Below are positions 20,051-35,484 of a stretch of 64,000 bases of DNA, piece by piece; position 1 is the stretch's first letter, and every line of letters starts with the position of its first letter. This DNA is from Nitrospirota bacterium (GTDB taxonomy: Bacteria; Nitrospirota; JACRHJ01): assembly GCA_963733375.1 (NCBI GenBank), contig CAVTDB010000006.1, positions 38,095-102,094 on the forward strand. The letters run 5' to 3'. The translations under genes and the position numbers were made by a program. The notes under the pieces are model-generated. The model was not told the DNA's origin and did no database searches. It saw only the letters and a program-made list of their open reading frames with translations.

Positions 20051-21880
20051 TTATGACCTTATCCTCTCCATCAACGTGCGCGACAGCCTGTTCTTCTCGA
20101 AATACTCGCGCTCCAGGTCCTCCACGTAAAAACGGTCCAGGCCCGAGTTCTCAAGGAAATCAGTCCGCAGTTTCGCGTTGCTCCCGGCTATTATCACTGG
20201 CAGGAGGTTGTGGAGGTAGAAAGCCTCTTTACGGATATTAATCACCGCGTCCCTGAAGACCTTCTCGTTTGCGGCGGCGTTTATCAGCCGCGAGTCCAGC
20301 ATCTCCTTCCAGACTTCCGAGATGAACTGGTCCTGCGAATCTCTGTCCGACAGGTCACTGTAGAAATTTTTGATCTTGTCCTTCATAAACAGATGGATTG
20401 CGGTATAGCTTTTTTCTTCCGCTATAATGAAGTTCAGGTCCTCGATTACGTCCTTTACGGAGGAATCCCCTTTTTCAATCGACGAGAGGCCGTGGAACAG
20501 GATATTGGATTTTTTGCGGCCGTAGGACGTGAGATATCTGTTCTTCTGCATGTCATCGAAGAAGAGTTCGCGGAAAAGCCCCGCCTTTACTTCCTCGAAG
20601 GCCTTTTTGTTCCCCAGCAGGCTCCGGATATTCTCTTCCGTGACCAAAGCGTCTTCCATGAAAGATATCCTGCTCATCATGGCGTAAGTGGTGTCAAACC
20701 TGTCGAAGTAGGTAACGATGCGCCCGAAGCTCTCAAGCAGGTCCATGTTGTCGGAACCTATCGAGCGCTCATCCGCCATGCGGCAGGTCTCAAGCAGAAG
20801 TTCCTCGAAAGAGTTGTCCCGGTTCAGTATCGCCTGGCGCTTGGCGCGGAGAAGCTTCACCAGGTCCTCCGAGTCCACATGCTTCTCCGCGTGCCCCTTA
20901 AGGAATAGCCCCTCGAATATCGCGCGGGATTCCCGCATATACTCCGGCTCGTCCACCTCTTTTATCTTCTTGCCCTTCAGGAGCAGTTCATCCAAGGTAT
21001 CGAACAGGTTCAGGGGAATCCTGTTTCGCAGAGAGAGCGTCCGAAGCCGGGCCAATTTAGCCATGTCCGTCGCGTCTATCTCGCTTTTGTGCGTGCAGCC
21101 TACCAGCACCCCTTTATACTCATCCACGATCCGTTTGTTTTCCGGGTGCTTGTACATCGAGTCTATTCTTATTCTTTCCTGCTGGTAGCGGTCCATCTCG
21201 TACAGGGACGCCAGCGCCTTAAGCTTCGCCGCCCCATCCTCGTCTATGGTCCTGTTCTTGTGGTAGACCTCACGGAAGAGCTTCTGATAATCATGGTGCT
21301 GCAGGTGCACCAGCCTGATGAGGAACAGGATGCTCTTCGTCTCCTTCAGCTCCAGAAAAAGCTCCCGGACAAGAACAGCGTCGTCTCCTTCGCCTGTCTT
21401 GGATGTATGCTTCAGGTATTTACCGACCTTGCGGAGTATCTCTTCCTGGCGAAGTTTAGGCGTTATGTTTTTATCCGAATGGACGAAGAAGTAGTAGTTG
21501 CTGACGGCGTTGCCGTCCATGAACACCCGGTCGAAGCCCTCTTCGCCGTAGTTCATGTCTGTAAAGGCTATCCCGCCTTCGGGTGAATAGACCGCGCCGT
21601 ACATTACCAGACGGTTAAGGACGTCGCGCTTTACAAGGTCCTTAATCGGCAGGTCTACGCCGAACATATACTCGCAGAAGCTCCCGCCGCATGCGTGGTA
21701 GGATATGCCGTCCGGGGTGATGGAGAATTCATTGCCGGAATAGAAGAAGCGTACGAACGTGCCTTTTTTTGTCTCTCCCGTCTCGTGGAAATACCTGTTC
21801 ACCACGTCCGGGCCGGCTACGGTCGCGTAATATTCTATCCGGTCGTTAATCCTGCCGTGAAGCCTTATGTCCTGTATCAT
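20051..21880 (-). CDS. Conserved hypothetical protein resembling the TIGR04442 family
   Basis: 609-aa ORF starting MIQDIRLHG with GGSFCEYMFG; family call is from recall, not a search. Confidence 0.6.
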   Translation of the reverse strand: MIQDIRLHGRINDRIEYYATVAGPDVVNRYFHETGETKKGTFVRFFYSGNEFSITPDGISYHACGGSFCEYMFGVDLPIKDLVKRDVLNRLVMYGAVYSPEGGIAFTDMNYGEEGFDRVFMDGNAVSNYYFFVHSDKNITPKLRQEEILRKVGKYLKHTSKTGEGDDAVLVRELFLELKETKSILFLIRLVHLQHHDYQKLFREVYHKNRTIDEDGAAKLKALASLYEMDRYQQERIRIDSMYKHPENKRIVDEYKGVLVGCTHKSEIDATDMAKLARLRTLSLRNRIPLNLFDTLDELLLKGKKIKEVDEPEYMRESRAIFEGLFLKGHAEKHVDSEDLVKLLRAKRQAILNRDNSFEELLLETCRMADERSIGSDNMDLLESFGRIVTYFDRFDTTYAMMSRISFMEDALVTEENIRSLLGNKKAFEEVKAGLFRELFFDDMQKNRYLTSYGRKKSNILFHGLSSIEKGDSSVKDVIEDLNFIIAEEKSYTAIHLFMKDKIKNFYSDLSDRDSQDQFISEVWKEMLDSRLINAAANEKVFRDAVINIRKEAFYLHNLLPVIIAGSNAKLRTDFLENSGLDRFYVEDLEREYFEKNRLSRTLMERIRS

Positions 21881-22020
21881 TCTCCCGGATTATAACATGC
21901 CGGAATAGTTAGATTCAAAAGAAAAAACGTAATGCCCGGCCCGGTATCCCTCTGAAGTATTAAATCTGTAATAAGAAACTGCATTCTGCTATAATCTTTA
22001 CTATAAAGGAGACTATCCGC

Positions 22021-23127
22021 ATGATAATCGGGATTTTGAAAGAGATAAAAGACAAGGAGTTCCGCGTGGGCATGGTCCCGTCCGGCGTGCGGGAGTTGAC
22101 GCTTGCCGGACACAGGGTGATCGTCCAGCGGGGCGCGGGGGAAGGAAGCGGCATCTCGGACGCCGAATATGACAGGGCCGGGGCGGCCCTCGCAGGCTCG
22201 GCCAGGGTGGTCTATGCCAAGGCGGAGCTTATCGTAAAGGTAAAGGAACCCCTGCCGCGGGAATACCCCATGCTCCGGGAAGGCCAGATAATATTTACTT
22301 TCCTGCACCTCGCTGCGGACAAGGGGCTTACGGAGGCCCTGCTGAAGCGCGGCATCATAGGTATTGCATACGAGACCATCCAGAGGACAGACGGCTCGCT
22401 CCCGCTCCTTATGCCGATGAGCCAGGTGGCGGGCAGGCTGTCAATCCAGATGGGGGCGACGTACCTCCAGGAGAATAACGGCGGACGGGGGATACTCCTC
22501 GGCGGAGTGCCGGGAGTGAAGCCCGCACGGGTCGTGGTTATCGGCGCGGGCACGGTGGGCCTGAACGCGGCCAAGATCGCGCATGGGATGGGGGCGGAGG
22601 TAACGCTCCTGGACCTCTCCGTGGACCGGCTCGATTATGCCGAGGATATTTTCCACGGCACGATAAGGACCCTCGTTTCAAACCGTCAGGTGCTGGAGGA
22701 TTCCCTTGCCGGGGCGGACCTGGTTGTCGGGGCGGTGCTGGTGGCTGGGGCCAGGGCGCCGAAACTGGCAGGCCGGAAAGCGATATCCAGAATGAAGAGA
22801 GGGTCCGTCATAGTGGACGTATCGATAGACCAGGGAGGGTGTTTCGAGACCTCCCGGCCGACGAGTTTTACCGACCCCGTATATGTCGTGGACGGCGTGA
22901 TACATTATTGCGTAACGAATATGCCGGGGGCGGTGCCGACGACGTCAACATTCGCGCTGACGAACGTTACGCTCCCGTATGCGATGAAGATTGCAAATAT
23001 GGGGGTGGAAGGGGCGCTCAGGTCGGACCCGGCGCTGATGCTGGGATTAAACCTCTGGAAGGGAAACCTTACTTCGAAACCCGTCGCGGAGTCATTCGAT
23101 ATGAAATGCCGGGAGCCGGAGTTTTAG
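22021..23127 (+). CDS. ald: Alanine dehydrogenase
   Basis: KEIKDKEFRV, VKVKEP, FTFLHLAA, PMSQVAGR, DVSIDQGGCFET and NMPGAVP. Confidence 0.96.
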   Translation: MIIGILKEIKDKEFRVGMVPSGVRELTLAGHRVIVQRGAGEGSGISDAEYDRAGAALAGSARVVYAKAELIVKVKEPLPREYPMLREGQIIFTFLHLAADKGLTEALLKRGIIGIAYETIQRTDGSLPLLMPMSQVAGRLSIQMGATYLQENNGGRGILLGGVPGVKPARVVVIGAGTVGLNAAKIAHGMGAEVTLLDLSVDRLDYAEDIFHGTIRTLVSNRQVLEDSLAGADLVVGAVLVAGARAPKLAGRKAISRMKRGSVIVDVSIDQGGCFETSRPTSFTDPVYVVDGVIHYCVTNMPGAVPTTSTFALTNVTLPYAMKIANMGVEGALRSDPALMLGLNLWKGNLTSKPVAESFDMKCREPEF

Positions 23128-23178
23128 GGCGCGCCTTGAATCACCCTCAGTCCGGCCCCTCATGCTGCGGCATCTCTT

Positions 23179-24018
23179 TCATTTTATTTTCATGGAGAGA
23201 TCCGCCGCCTTGGCGGAGTGGGTCAGCGCGCCGACGGAAATAAAGTCCACTCCGGTCTTGGCGACTTCTCCGACGCGCTCCAGGGTCATGTTCCCGGACG
23301 CCTCTATCAGCGCGCGGCCCGCTATCTCTTTCACCGCGGCCTTCATCGCCTTAATGTCCATATTGTCCAGCATTAATATGTCCGCCCCGTTAGCCAACGC
23401 CTCGCGCACGTCCGAAATGCTCTCGCATTCCACCTCTACCATCAGGGTATGCGGGATCTTTAACCTCGCTGACTCCACGGCCTCTTTTATCCCGCCCGCC
23501 GCCTTTATATGGTTATCCTTTATCAGGAGGCCGTCGAACAGCCCGAAGCGGTGGTTCTTCCCGCCGCCCACGGTCACGGCGTATTTCTCAAGTACGCGAA
23601 GTCCGGGAGTGGTCTTGCGGGTATCGAGTATCTGCGCCTTCGTGCCCGACACGGCCTGCACGAACTGAGAGGTCAGAGCCGCTATCCCGCACATCCGCTG
23701 GAGCAGGTTCAGCGCCACCCGCTCGCCCGTGAGAAGGATATGGAGCGGCCCCACGAGTTCCGCGATGACCTCGCCCTTTTTTATTACGTCCCCGTCGGCG
23801 AACCCGGTGGAGAAATCCACCGATCTCTCAAGGTAGAGAAATGTTTCCAGAAAAACCTCAAGGCCCGCGAGTACGGTATCTTCTTTAGCTATGACGGCGG
23901 CGACACCCTCTTTGTCCGGGTCCACGGTGGCAAATGTCGTGATATCACCGCCCGGCCCGAGGTCCTCCGCCAATGCGCGTTTTATTATCTCCCGTACGTC
24001 TTTTTCGTGCAGGTTCAT
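23179..24018 (-). CDS. nadC: Quinolinate phosphoribosyltransferase
   Basis: ERVALN, DTRKTTPG, IKDNH, LDNM, EASG and ISVGALTHS. Confidence 0.97.
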   Translation of the reverse strand: MNLHEKDVREIIKRALAEDLGPGGDITTFATVDPDKEGVAAVIAKEDTVLAGLEVFLETFLYLERSVDFSTGFADGDVIKKGEVIAELVGPLHILLTGERVALNLLQRMCGIAALTSQFVQAVSGTKAQILDTRKTTPGLRVLEKYAVTVGGGKNHRFGLFDGLLIKDNHIKAAGGIKEAVESARLKIPHTLMVEVECESISDVREALANGADILMLDNMDIKAMKAAVKEIAGRALIEASGNMTLERVGEVAKTGVDFISVGALTHSAKAADLSMKIK

Positions 24019-26670
24019 CTGAGTTCCTCCAGACGCCGGTAGCTCTCCCCCAGCTTCTCCTTTTTCTGGGTAAGCTCAGCAATTATCCCTTTTGTCTTCT
24101 CTAATACCTCCGGCGGGGCCTTCTTCACGAACCCCTCGTTCGCCATCTTCGCCTCAAACGGCTTTAAGCTCCTTATCCGTCTTCTCTATCTCTTTTTTAA
24201 GCCGGCGCGGTTTCGGCCTCTATGTCCACCACGCCCGAGAGGAGTATGTAAATTTCCGCGTCCGTGGTAACGGCTACCGCCGACATTTTGGGCTTATCGG
24301 CGGAAGCTGAAATTTTAACGTCATGAAGCCGCGAGAGCTTCATGAGGTAATCGGCGTGAGACTGTAAGAAATCCTGCGCCAGGGTAGACAGAGGCCGGAC
24401 CACCACGTCCAGTTCCACGGACGGGTTTATATTCATCTCGCCCCGTACGTTCCTTATTCCCATAACCGCGTCCATAAGGATTTTCATCTGGGCTTCAGCC
24501 CCCGGGTCCTTTAAATCCGCGACCGAAACGGGGAAGGGGGCAACCATTATAGAATCCGCCCTCTCAGCCATCGGCAGGCTCTGCCATACCTCTTCCGTAA
24601 TGAAGGGCATGAACGGGTGGAGCATACGAAGCGCCTGCTCGAAAACGTTTACCAGGATATTGAGCGTGGCGTCTTTCCTCGCCCCGGGCTCGCCGTAAAG
24701 AGCCGGTTTCGCCATTTCCAGATACCAGTCGCAGAACTCATGCCATGTGAAATGGTAAAGCGCGTTGGCCGCGTCGTTGAAGCGGTAATCGCTAAGTGCC
24801 TTGTCCACCTCGGCGGCGACGGTCTGGAGGCGGCTCACTATCCATTTATCCGGAAGGCTCCCGATATCCTCTTTTGCAAGCGGGCGGGCCTGGAACTCGC
24901 CCAGGTTCATGTGCAGGAACCGCGCCGCGTTCCATATCTTGTTGCAGAAGTTCCGGTAGCCCTCGATACGCTCCTCGGACAGCTTCACGTCCCGCCCCTG
25001 GGCGGCCATCGCGGCCATCGTGAAGCGGAAGGCGTCCGTGCCGTATTTCTCCACCATGATGAGCGGGTCGATTACGTTCCCCTTGGACTTGGACATCTTC
25101 TGGCCCTGGGCGTCACGGACAAGCGCGTGGATATAGACATCCTTAAACGGAGGTTGTCCCATGACCTTTATCCCCATCATTATCATGCGGGCGACCCAGA
25201 AGAACAGTATGTCGAACGCCGTAACCAGGACTGAAGTGGGGTAGTAGAATTTCAGTTCCGGCGTCTCGTCGGGCCAGCCCAGGGTGGAGAAGGGCCAGAG
25301 CGCGGAGGAGAACCACGTGTCCAGCACGTCCGGGTCCTGGATAATGTTCCTGCTCCCGCACGGGCAGACAACCGGGTCCTCCCTGGCCACTACCACCTCA
25401 CCGCACTCGTCGCAATACCATGCCGGGATACGATGGCCCCACCATATCTGGCGGGAGATGCACCAGTCGCGGATGTTGTTCATCCAGTCGAAGTAGGTGT
25501 TCTCCCATCCCTTCGGGATTATTCTGACCTGCCCCTCCTGCACCGCCTTTATCGCCGGTTCGGCCAAAGGCTTCATCTTCACGAACCACTGCTTGCTGAC
25601 TGCCGGCTCGATGACAGTCTTGCACCTGTAGCAATGCCCGACGGAGTGCGCGTAGTCCTCGATCTTATTGAGGAACCCGCCGTTGTCTAAGTTCCAGGAC
25701 AAGCTTGGAGCGCGCATCGAACCTGTCCATCCCCTTGTATTTTCCGGCCTCTTCGGACATCCTCCCGTCATCTTCCATTATCCGGATCAGCGGGAGGTTA
25801 TGCCGCCTGCCGAGTTCGAAGTCGTTCGGGTCGTGCGCCGGGGTTATCTTTACCGCCCCGGTGCCGAAGTCTTTGTCCACGTAGCTGTCTGCGATTATCG
25901 GGTATGCGCCGCCCCACGACCGGCAGTATGACGAACTTCCCGATAAAGTCCCTGTACCGCTCGTCGTCCGGGTTCACGGCTACGGCGGTATCCCCCAGCA
26001 TCGTCTCCGGCCTGGTGGTGGCGACGGTGATTTTTCCGCTGCCGTCTTCCAGGGGATAGTCTATGAAATACAGTTTTCCGGCCTTGGCCTCGAAATCCAC
26101 TTCGAGGTCGCTTAGCGCGGTCATGCACCGCGGACACCAGTTTATGATGTAGTCGCCCCGGTAGATGAGCCCCTCTTCATAGAGGCGGACGAACACCTCG
26201 CGGACCGCGCGCGAAAGCCCCTCGTCCATGGTAAACCGCTCCCGCTCCCAGTCGCACGACGCCCCCAGCCTTTTCAGCTGGTTGATTATCGTCCCGCCGG
26301 ACTGCTCGCGCCACTTCCAGACACGGGCTATAAACTCTTCCCTGCCGTAGGCGTGGCGGGTGGTCCCTTCCGCCGCGAGCTGGCGCTCCACGACGTTCTG
26401 CGTGGCGATGCCGGCATGGTCCGTGCCGGGCATCCAGAGCGTATTGCAGCCGCTCATCCGCTTCCAGCGGGCAAGGGCGTCCTGGAGGGTGTTGTTAAGC
26501 GCGTGGCCCATGTGCAGGACGCCGGTTACGTTGGGCGGCGGGATGACCATAGAGTACGGCCTGCCGTCGTTTGCCGGGTCGGCATGGAAATACCTTTTAT
26601 CTACCCAGAATTTATACCAGCGGTCTTCGACGTCCGCCGGTTCGTAGACTTTCGCGAGCTCCCTTGCCAT
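24015..26670 (-). CDS. valS: Valyl-tRNA synthetase (several frameshifts)
   Basis: [36 protein letters not shown] and KMSKS; the TGA overlaps the nadC ATG. Confidence 0.96.
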
Positions 26671-26773
26671 TAACGCCTCCGAATTATCAGATTGAGTATA
26701 GCAAAAAAGTATTCTAACCCATTTTTCCTTGACGCACCATAATTTTTTTGATAACTTAGGTAACTCGATTTTT

Positions 26774-26849
26774 GGGGCAGTAGCTCAGCTGGGAGAGCGC
26801 ATCCCTCGCACGGATGAGGCCGTCGGTTCGATCCCGATCTGCTCCACCA
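26774..26849 (+). tRNA. tRNA-Ala(CGC)
   Basis: Cloverleaf with G3:U70 pair; anticodon loop CTCGCAC; CCA end; upstream TTGACG-17bp-TAACTT promoter. Confidence 0.95.
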
Positions 26850-26910
26850 AAAACAGGACGGATTCCGCTATTCAGTGCGGCTTCCGTTAAATAGGGCGGG
26901 TCATCCCGCA

Positions 26911-26944
26911 AAAAAAAGGGCGGAAAATTCCGCCCTTTTTTTTT
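26911..26944. terminator. Bidirectional terminator
   Basis: AAAAAAAGGGCGGAA-aa-TTCCGCCCTTTTTTTTT. Confidence 0.85.
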
Positions 26945-26960
26945 GGAAAGTCAGCCGTTG

Positions 26961-27716
26961 TCAAGCGGCGCTCTTCCGCGCTTGAGTCTTCTGTTCCATG
27001 AATTCCAGCAATGCGCTGTTGACCTTCTCCGCATGGGTCCAGATTATGCCGTGCGGCCCTCCTTCACCACGACCAGGCGGGAACCCTTGATGCTCTTGGA
27101 AAGCGGGATCGCCGTCGAAGCGATCGGGAGTATCCGGTCGGCGTCGCCGTGGATTATCAGGGTGGGCACGTTTATGCGGGAGACGTCGCTCCGGAAATCG
27201 GTCAGCCACGCCGCTACGCAGTCGAGGGTGGCCTTGGCGCCCGCGGCGGCCGCGACGTTCCAGCTGTACTGAATGACCTGGTCGCTGACCAGCTTGCCGC
27301 CCAGGACGTCGGCGTTGTAGAAATCCGCCAGAAACGCCGAGAGGAACTTAAGACGGTCCGCGACGATCGCTTTCTGGATGCCCTCGAATATAGTTTTGTC
27401 CATGCCGCCCGGGTTGTCAGCCGTCTTCAGCGGAAACGTCGGGATTAGGACATGAAGACAGGCCTTGCTCACGCTGCTGGGCCTTGCAGTCAGGGCCATT
27501 TCACCCCGTTATCAAAGCCGACCACGCTTGCTGCCGCTGGGTCGGAGTGGATATAAGGCGATCGACCCGAAGCCAGTTGCGCCATGGCCTGCCTTCCCAG
27601 GAAGCGCCGCTAGCGGCATACAAGCCGTGGACCATCACGAGGGCTGCCCGCGCCGTGGTCCACGTAATAGGGGTCTATGGTGCCGAGTTCTCTTTACCGA
27701 CATGTATGTAGTTCAT
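26961..27716 (-). pseudogene. Non-heme haloperoxidase-like alpha/beta hydrolase, heavily disrupted
   Basis: Fragments MNYIHVGKENS, PFPLKTADNPGGMD, TDFRSDVSRINVPTLIIHGDADRILP and GPHGIIWTHAEKVNSALLEF in different frames. Confidence 0.8.
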
Positions 27717-27970
27717 TGGGATGCCTTCCCGTCGAGCGCTCAACGGTAAGTCGAGCCAGGGGCATCACCTTCTTACACGGTTTTACCCTCATACAATTAT
27801 ACCAATACGCTCGATACCTCGATAGCGGCGGCTTACAGTCGGTCTTACCTTGGCGGACTCGCCGCGCGGAGGTAGAATTGGCGCGTCTTCCATGAAGGCG
27901 GAGGCTGCTATAGAGGAAGGGGAGAAGAAGCTGCGCGAAGAGAGACGCGATTTCCCACGGGCCGCGTAAA

Positions 27971-28005
27971 TAAAAAAAGCCGGGTCGCATCGACCCGGCT
28001 TTTTC
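27971..28005. terminator. Bidirectional terminator
   Basis: AAAAAAGCCGGGTCG-cat-CGACCCGGCTTTTT. Confidence 0.85.
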
Positions 28006-28010
28006 TTGTT

Positions 28011-28638
28011 TTAATCTATGGAATCGGATGATCGGTGGCGGTCTTCTTCATGGGGCAGCAGGTGCAGTATCGCGTCTCCATGAACTGAGCTTATTGTGGT
28101 ACTGCCGCTGAATGTTGTTACGGTCACCTGCGAGGCCTGGATGTTAAAGACCTTGACCGCCGCCCGGGTGCCCCTCCTGTTTCCAATTACGCGTGACTAC
28201 AGCTGCGCCCGTAATCTTCAGCTGTGTTCCACTCCTGGGGTTGCCCGCCGGCGATATGAAAGTAAAGGCCGCGGAGCCGGAGGCCGCTCTGCCGTTAAAG
28301 CCGGGCAACAGGAAACCATCTATATCCAGTCTATCGCCGGTTCCCGGGAAGACAATAGTATCGGCGAACTGCCAGAAATTGTCGGAAGTGCTCTGGAATA
28401 GAAGGCCTTTGTCAGTGCCGTGTCTGTCGGAGATTCTCTGGATCCTGTCTGACGCACTGGTCACATATATTACACGCAGCTTCCTCGCAATGCCGGAGAG
28501 GTTGGAAAATGTGCCGCTGACGTTCGCGAAGATACTGGAATTGTTTGGGAAGGCAGGGAGGCAAGTCTGCGCCGCCGCGCCGCTGACAGCCGCAAAAACC
28601 ATCGCAACCGCAATTAGAATAACCATTTTGAAACGCAT
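28011..28638 (-). CDS. Exported hypothetical protein (probable frameshift near 28170)
   Basis: Signal peptide MRFKMVILIAVAMVFAAVSGAAA; RBS AAGGGGG; a second frame continues AAVKVFNIQASQVTVTTFSGSTTISSVHG to TAA at 28011; upstream TTGACA-17bp-TAGATT. Confidence 0.65.
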
Positions 28639-28844
28639 GTTACCCCCTTGTAGGTTTTGGCCGGGTCTTCCGGCGGTGTAAGAAACGCGTATCGGCTACA
28701 GGGTGAAAGGCTCGATAGGGGGATAGCTCTTTATTAGAATCTATAGCATGAAACAGCTTCTGTCAAATGACTGGCAGGCTTAACACTTTGAAAACATTAT
28801 TGAATAATATCCATAAAAAACGGCGTCTTCCTTGTTTTTAATTG

Positions 28845-29109
28845 TTGACATCTGCTTTCTGCAGTGGTATTATCCTTTCCAGAACGAAGAAAGAAGATAG
28901 GCCGTCCGATAGGCGGGAAGTTGTTCCCCGCCACATTTTAGATTTTCCGGAGCCGCCAGTTTTTTTCTTGACAACATTTGGCGGTTGTGGTAAATTTTGT
29001 TCTCTTTTGGCCGGTAAGCGTTTCAGTTTTAAGCTTGTAAATTTTAAAACTGGCTGCCGAAAAAAAGTAGAAAAAAAGTGTTGACATCGGATTTTGCTTC
29101 TGTTAAAGT
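28845..29109 (+). promoter_or_regulatory. Three tandem sigma70 promoters of the rrn operon
   Basis: TTGACA-17-TATTAT (28845), TTGACA-17-TAAATT (28968) and TTGACA-17-TAAAGT (29081); boxA-like GGTCTTTGAAAAC near 29197. Confidence 0.75.
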
Positions 29110-29307
29110 TCCGACCTCGTTGCCGGGGGAAAATTTAGAAGGCAGCCTTTAAGGGGCGCCTGGACATCCCGGCAGGGGGCGCGAAATAAAGCTTTCGGTC
29201 TTTGAAAACTAAATAGAGTGCATTAAAAGACGACGGGTTCTTTAGTCAATTAATGAAAATCCGGACTCGCGAATAAAATCGCAAGTCCTGGATCAGATAC
29301 TCCAAAT

Positions 29308-30876
<1,569 letters not shown>

Positions 30877-31031
30877 CGTGGGTCTGGTTTCCTTCGGGAA
30901 ACGCGGTTCCATAATTCTCACTAGGTCGGTAACTCGTCGTCGCACTCTATTTAGTTTTGAATGACCGAAAGGGGCTAAAGCCCCGCCTGACAATAGGCCC
31001 GATTAAGAGGGCAGGTGAGGTCTGAAAAGAC

Positions 31032-31108
31032 GGGCCTATAGCTCAGTTGGTTAGAGCGCGCGCCTGATAAGCGCGAGGTCGATAGTTCGAATCTATCTAG
31101 GCCCACCA
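31032..31108 (+). tRNA. tRNA-Ile(GAT)
   Basis: Cloverleaf in the ITS; anticodon loop CTGATAA; CCA end. Confidence 0.97.
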
Positions 31109-31132
31109 TAGCTTAGTGAGCCACGTAGGTTC

Positions 31133-31208
31133 GGGGATGTAGCTCAGCTGGGAGAGCACCTGCTTTGCAAGCAGGGGGTCGGCGGTTCGAGCCCGCTCAT
31201 CTCCACCA
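31133..31208 (+). tRNA. tRNA-Ala(TGC)
   Basis: Cloverleaf in the ITS; anticodon loop TTTGCAA; CCA end. Confidence 0.97.
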
Positions 31209-31369
31209 AGCCGGGAAATAAAGTCTGAGGCTTGATTGTGTTCGAGCCCCAAACCTTGAGCCCCGGCGGTTCAAGAATGCGTTCATTGAAAACTTAATAT
31301 GCGTCACGAGTAAATCGAGCGCTTGCCGAATTGAATGGGCCTTGAGTGCTCAAAGGCAAGTAATTTTAT

Positions 31370-34385
<3,016 letters not shown>

Positions 34386-34481
34386 TAATTTTAGCCTTTG
34401 AGCAGTCTAGGCCCAAAAGCTCGGCAAGTGCAAGAAACTCGTGACGCATATTAAGCATTCAAAAACGCAAGTTTTAAAGTT

Positions 34482-34598
34482 TCCGGTGGTTATTCCGGAG
34501 AGGCCACACCCGTTCCCATTTCGAACACGGAAGTTAAGCTCTCCAGGGCCCATGATACTGCCTTCGTAAGGAGGTGGGAAAGTAGGTCGCCGCCGGGA
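34482..34598 (+). rRNA. rrf: 5S rRNA
   Basis: CCGGTGG...CCGCCGG helix; CACCCGTTCCCATTTCGAACACGGAAGTTAAG; AGTAGGTCG. Confidence 0.97.
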
Positions 34599-34605
34599 TT
34601 AATTC

Positions 34606-34640
34606 AAAAAGCCCCAGAGAAATCTGGGGCTTTTTTTATT
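34606..34640 (+). terminator. rrn terminator
   Basis: AAAAAGCCCCAGA-gaaa-TCTGGGGCTTTTTTT. Confidence 0.9.
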
Positions 34641-34694
34641 TCTGATTGTTTGAGCTATACTTAAAGGTAGAGTTACATCCAAGGAAGTAGAAGT

Positions 34695-35045
34695 ATGAAA
34701 AGCCTCACGTTTGTAATTGCGGCTCTGGCGTTGTTCGCCGGTCTTGATGTCCTTTCCCCAGTTGCGCCCGCTTATCCGTCGGATAAAAATATCACCCTCG
34801 TCTCGACCGACTTCGACACTAACATCTATATCCCGCCTGCCCAAACTCAGTCGAAATTTGTCCTTGGCGTCCACAAGCCGGACGGGACCTGCTATATTAC
34901 CGAGACCTACGCGAACTCGCTGGACGAGGCGATGACTTCGATAACAAACAGCTGCCAGGACTGTGCAGTTGACGACATCACAAACGCCTATATGCCCGGC
35001 GCGCCGGATTTTAAAAATTACTGTCTGGCCGGGCCGGGCACATGA
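34695..35045 (+). CDS. Small exported Cys-motif protein, paralog 1
   Basis: Signal peptide; GVHKPDGTC-x20-CQDC-AVD-DIT...C; homologous to the next ORFs. Confidence 0.8.
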   Translation: MKSLTFVIAALALFAGLDVLSPVAPAYPSDKNITLVSTDFDTNIYIPPAQTQSKFVLGVHKPDGTCYITETYANSLDEAMTSITNSCQDCAVDDITNAYMPGAPDFKNYCLAGPGT

Positions 35046-35058
35046 GGAGGAATCGGCC

Positions 35059-35370
35059 ATGAAAGTTTTTAAAATATTTTTGATGGCGGCGGTCATGGCG
35101 CTGTCGTCCATGCCGGCAATGGGGGACGAGCTTCTCCTGCCCGGCGGCAGCGGGATGGGTGTGACGCATCCGGAGATGTATTATATCGGCGTCCATCGTC
35201 CCGACGGGAGTTGCGAGACCGTCCGCGTGCTCGCGGATAACGTGGACCAGGCGATGCAGACGGCGAAGAAAGACTGCGACATCTGCGTAACCGACGACTT
35301 AACCGATACGTTCCGGAACATGACGCCCGCGAAGAGGCTTGAGGTCGCGCGGACGTGTCCGAGGTTTTAA
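35059..35370 (+). CDS. Small exported Cys-motif protein, paralog 2
   Basis: RBS GAGGAGG then MKVFKIFLMAAVMALSSMPAMG; GVHRPDGSC-x20-CDIC-VTD-DLT...C. Confidence 0.85.
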   Translation: MKVFKIFLMAAVMALSSMPAMGDELLLPGGSGMGVTHPEMYYIGVHRPDGSCETVRVLADNVDQAMQTAKKDCDICVTDDLTDTFRNMTPAKRLEVARTCPRF

Positions 35371-35470
35371 ACCGTTACCTTTTTGGTAAAAAAAGGTAAC
35401 GCCAAAAACTTTTAAACTGTCCGGCTTTCTTTTGTGTTACTTTTCTTTCACCCGAAAGAAAAGTAACGGT
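35371..35470. repeat. Bipartite GTTAC...GTAAC palindromic repeat (copy A)
   Basis: GTTACCTTTTT...AAAAAGGTAAC plus GTTACTTTTCTTTC...GAAAGAAAAGTAAC; copies at 54594, 55872 and 56781. Confidence 0.85.
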
Positions 35471-35484
35471 CTTAGGAGGCTGTT

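Noticed and set aside
26774-28770. Prophage or integrative element at tRNA-Ala
   Set aside because: No integrase, phage genes or duplicated tRNA 3' end were seen.
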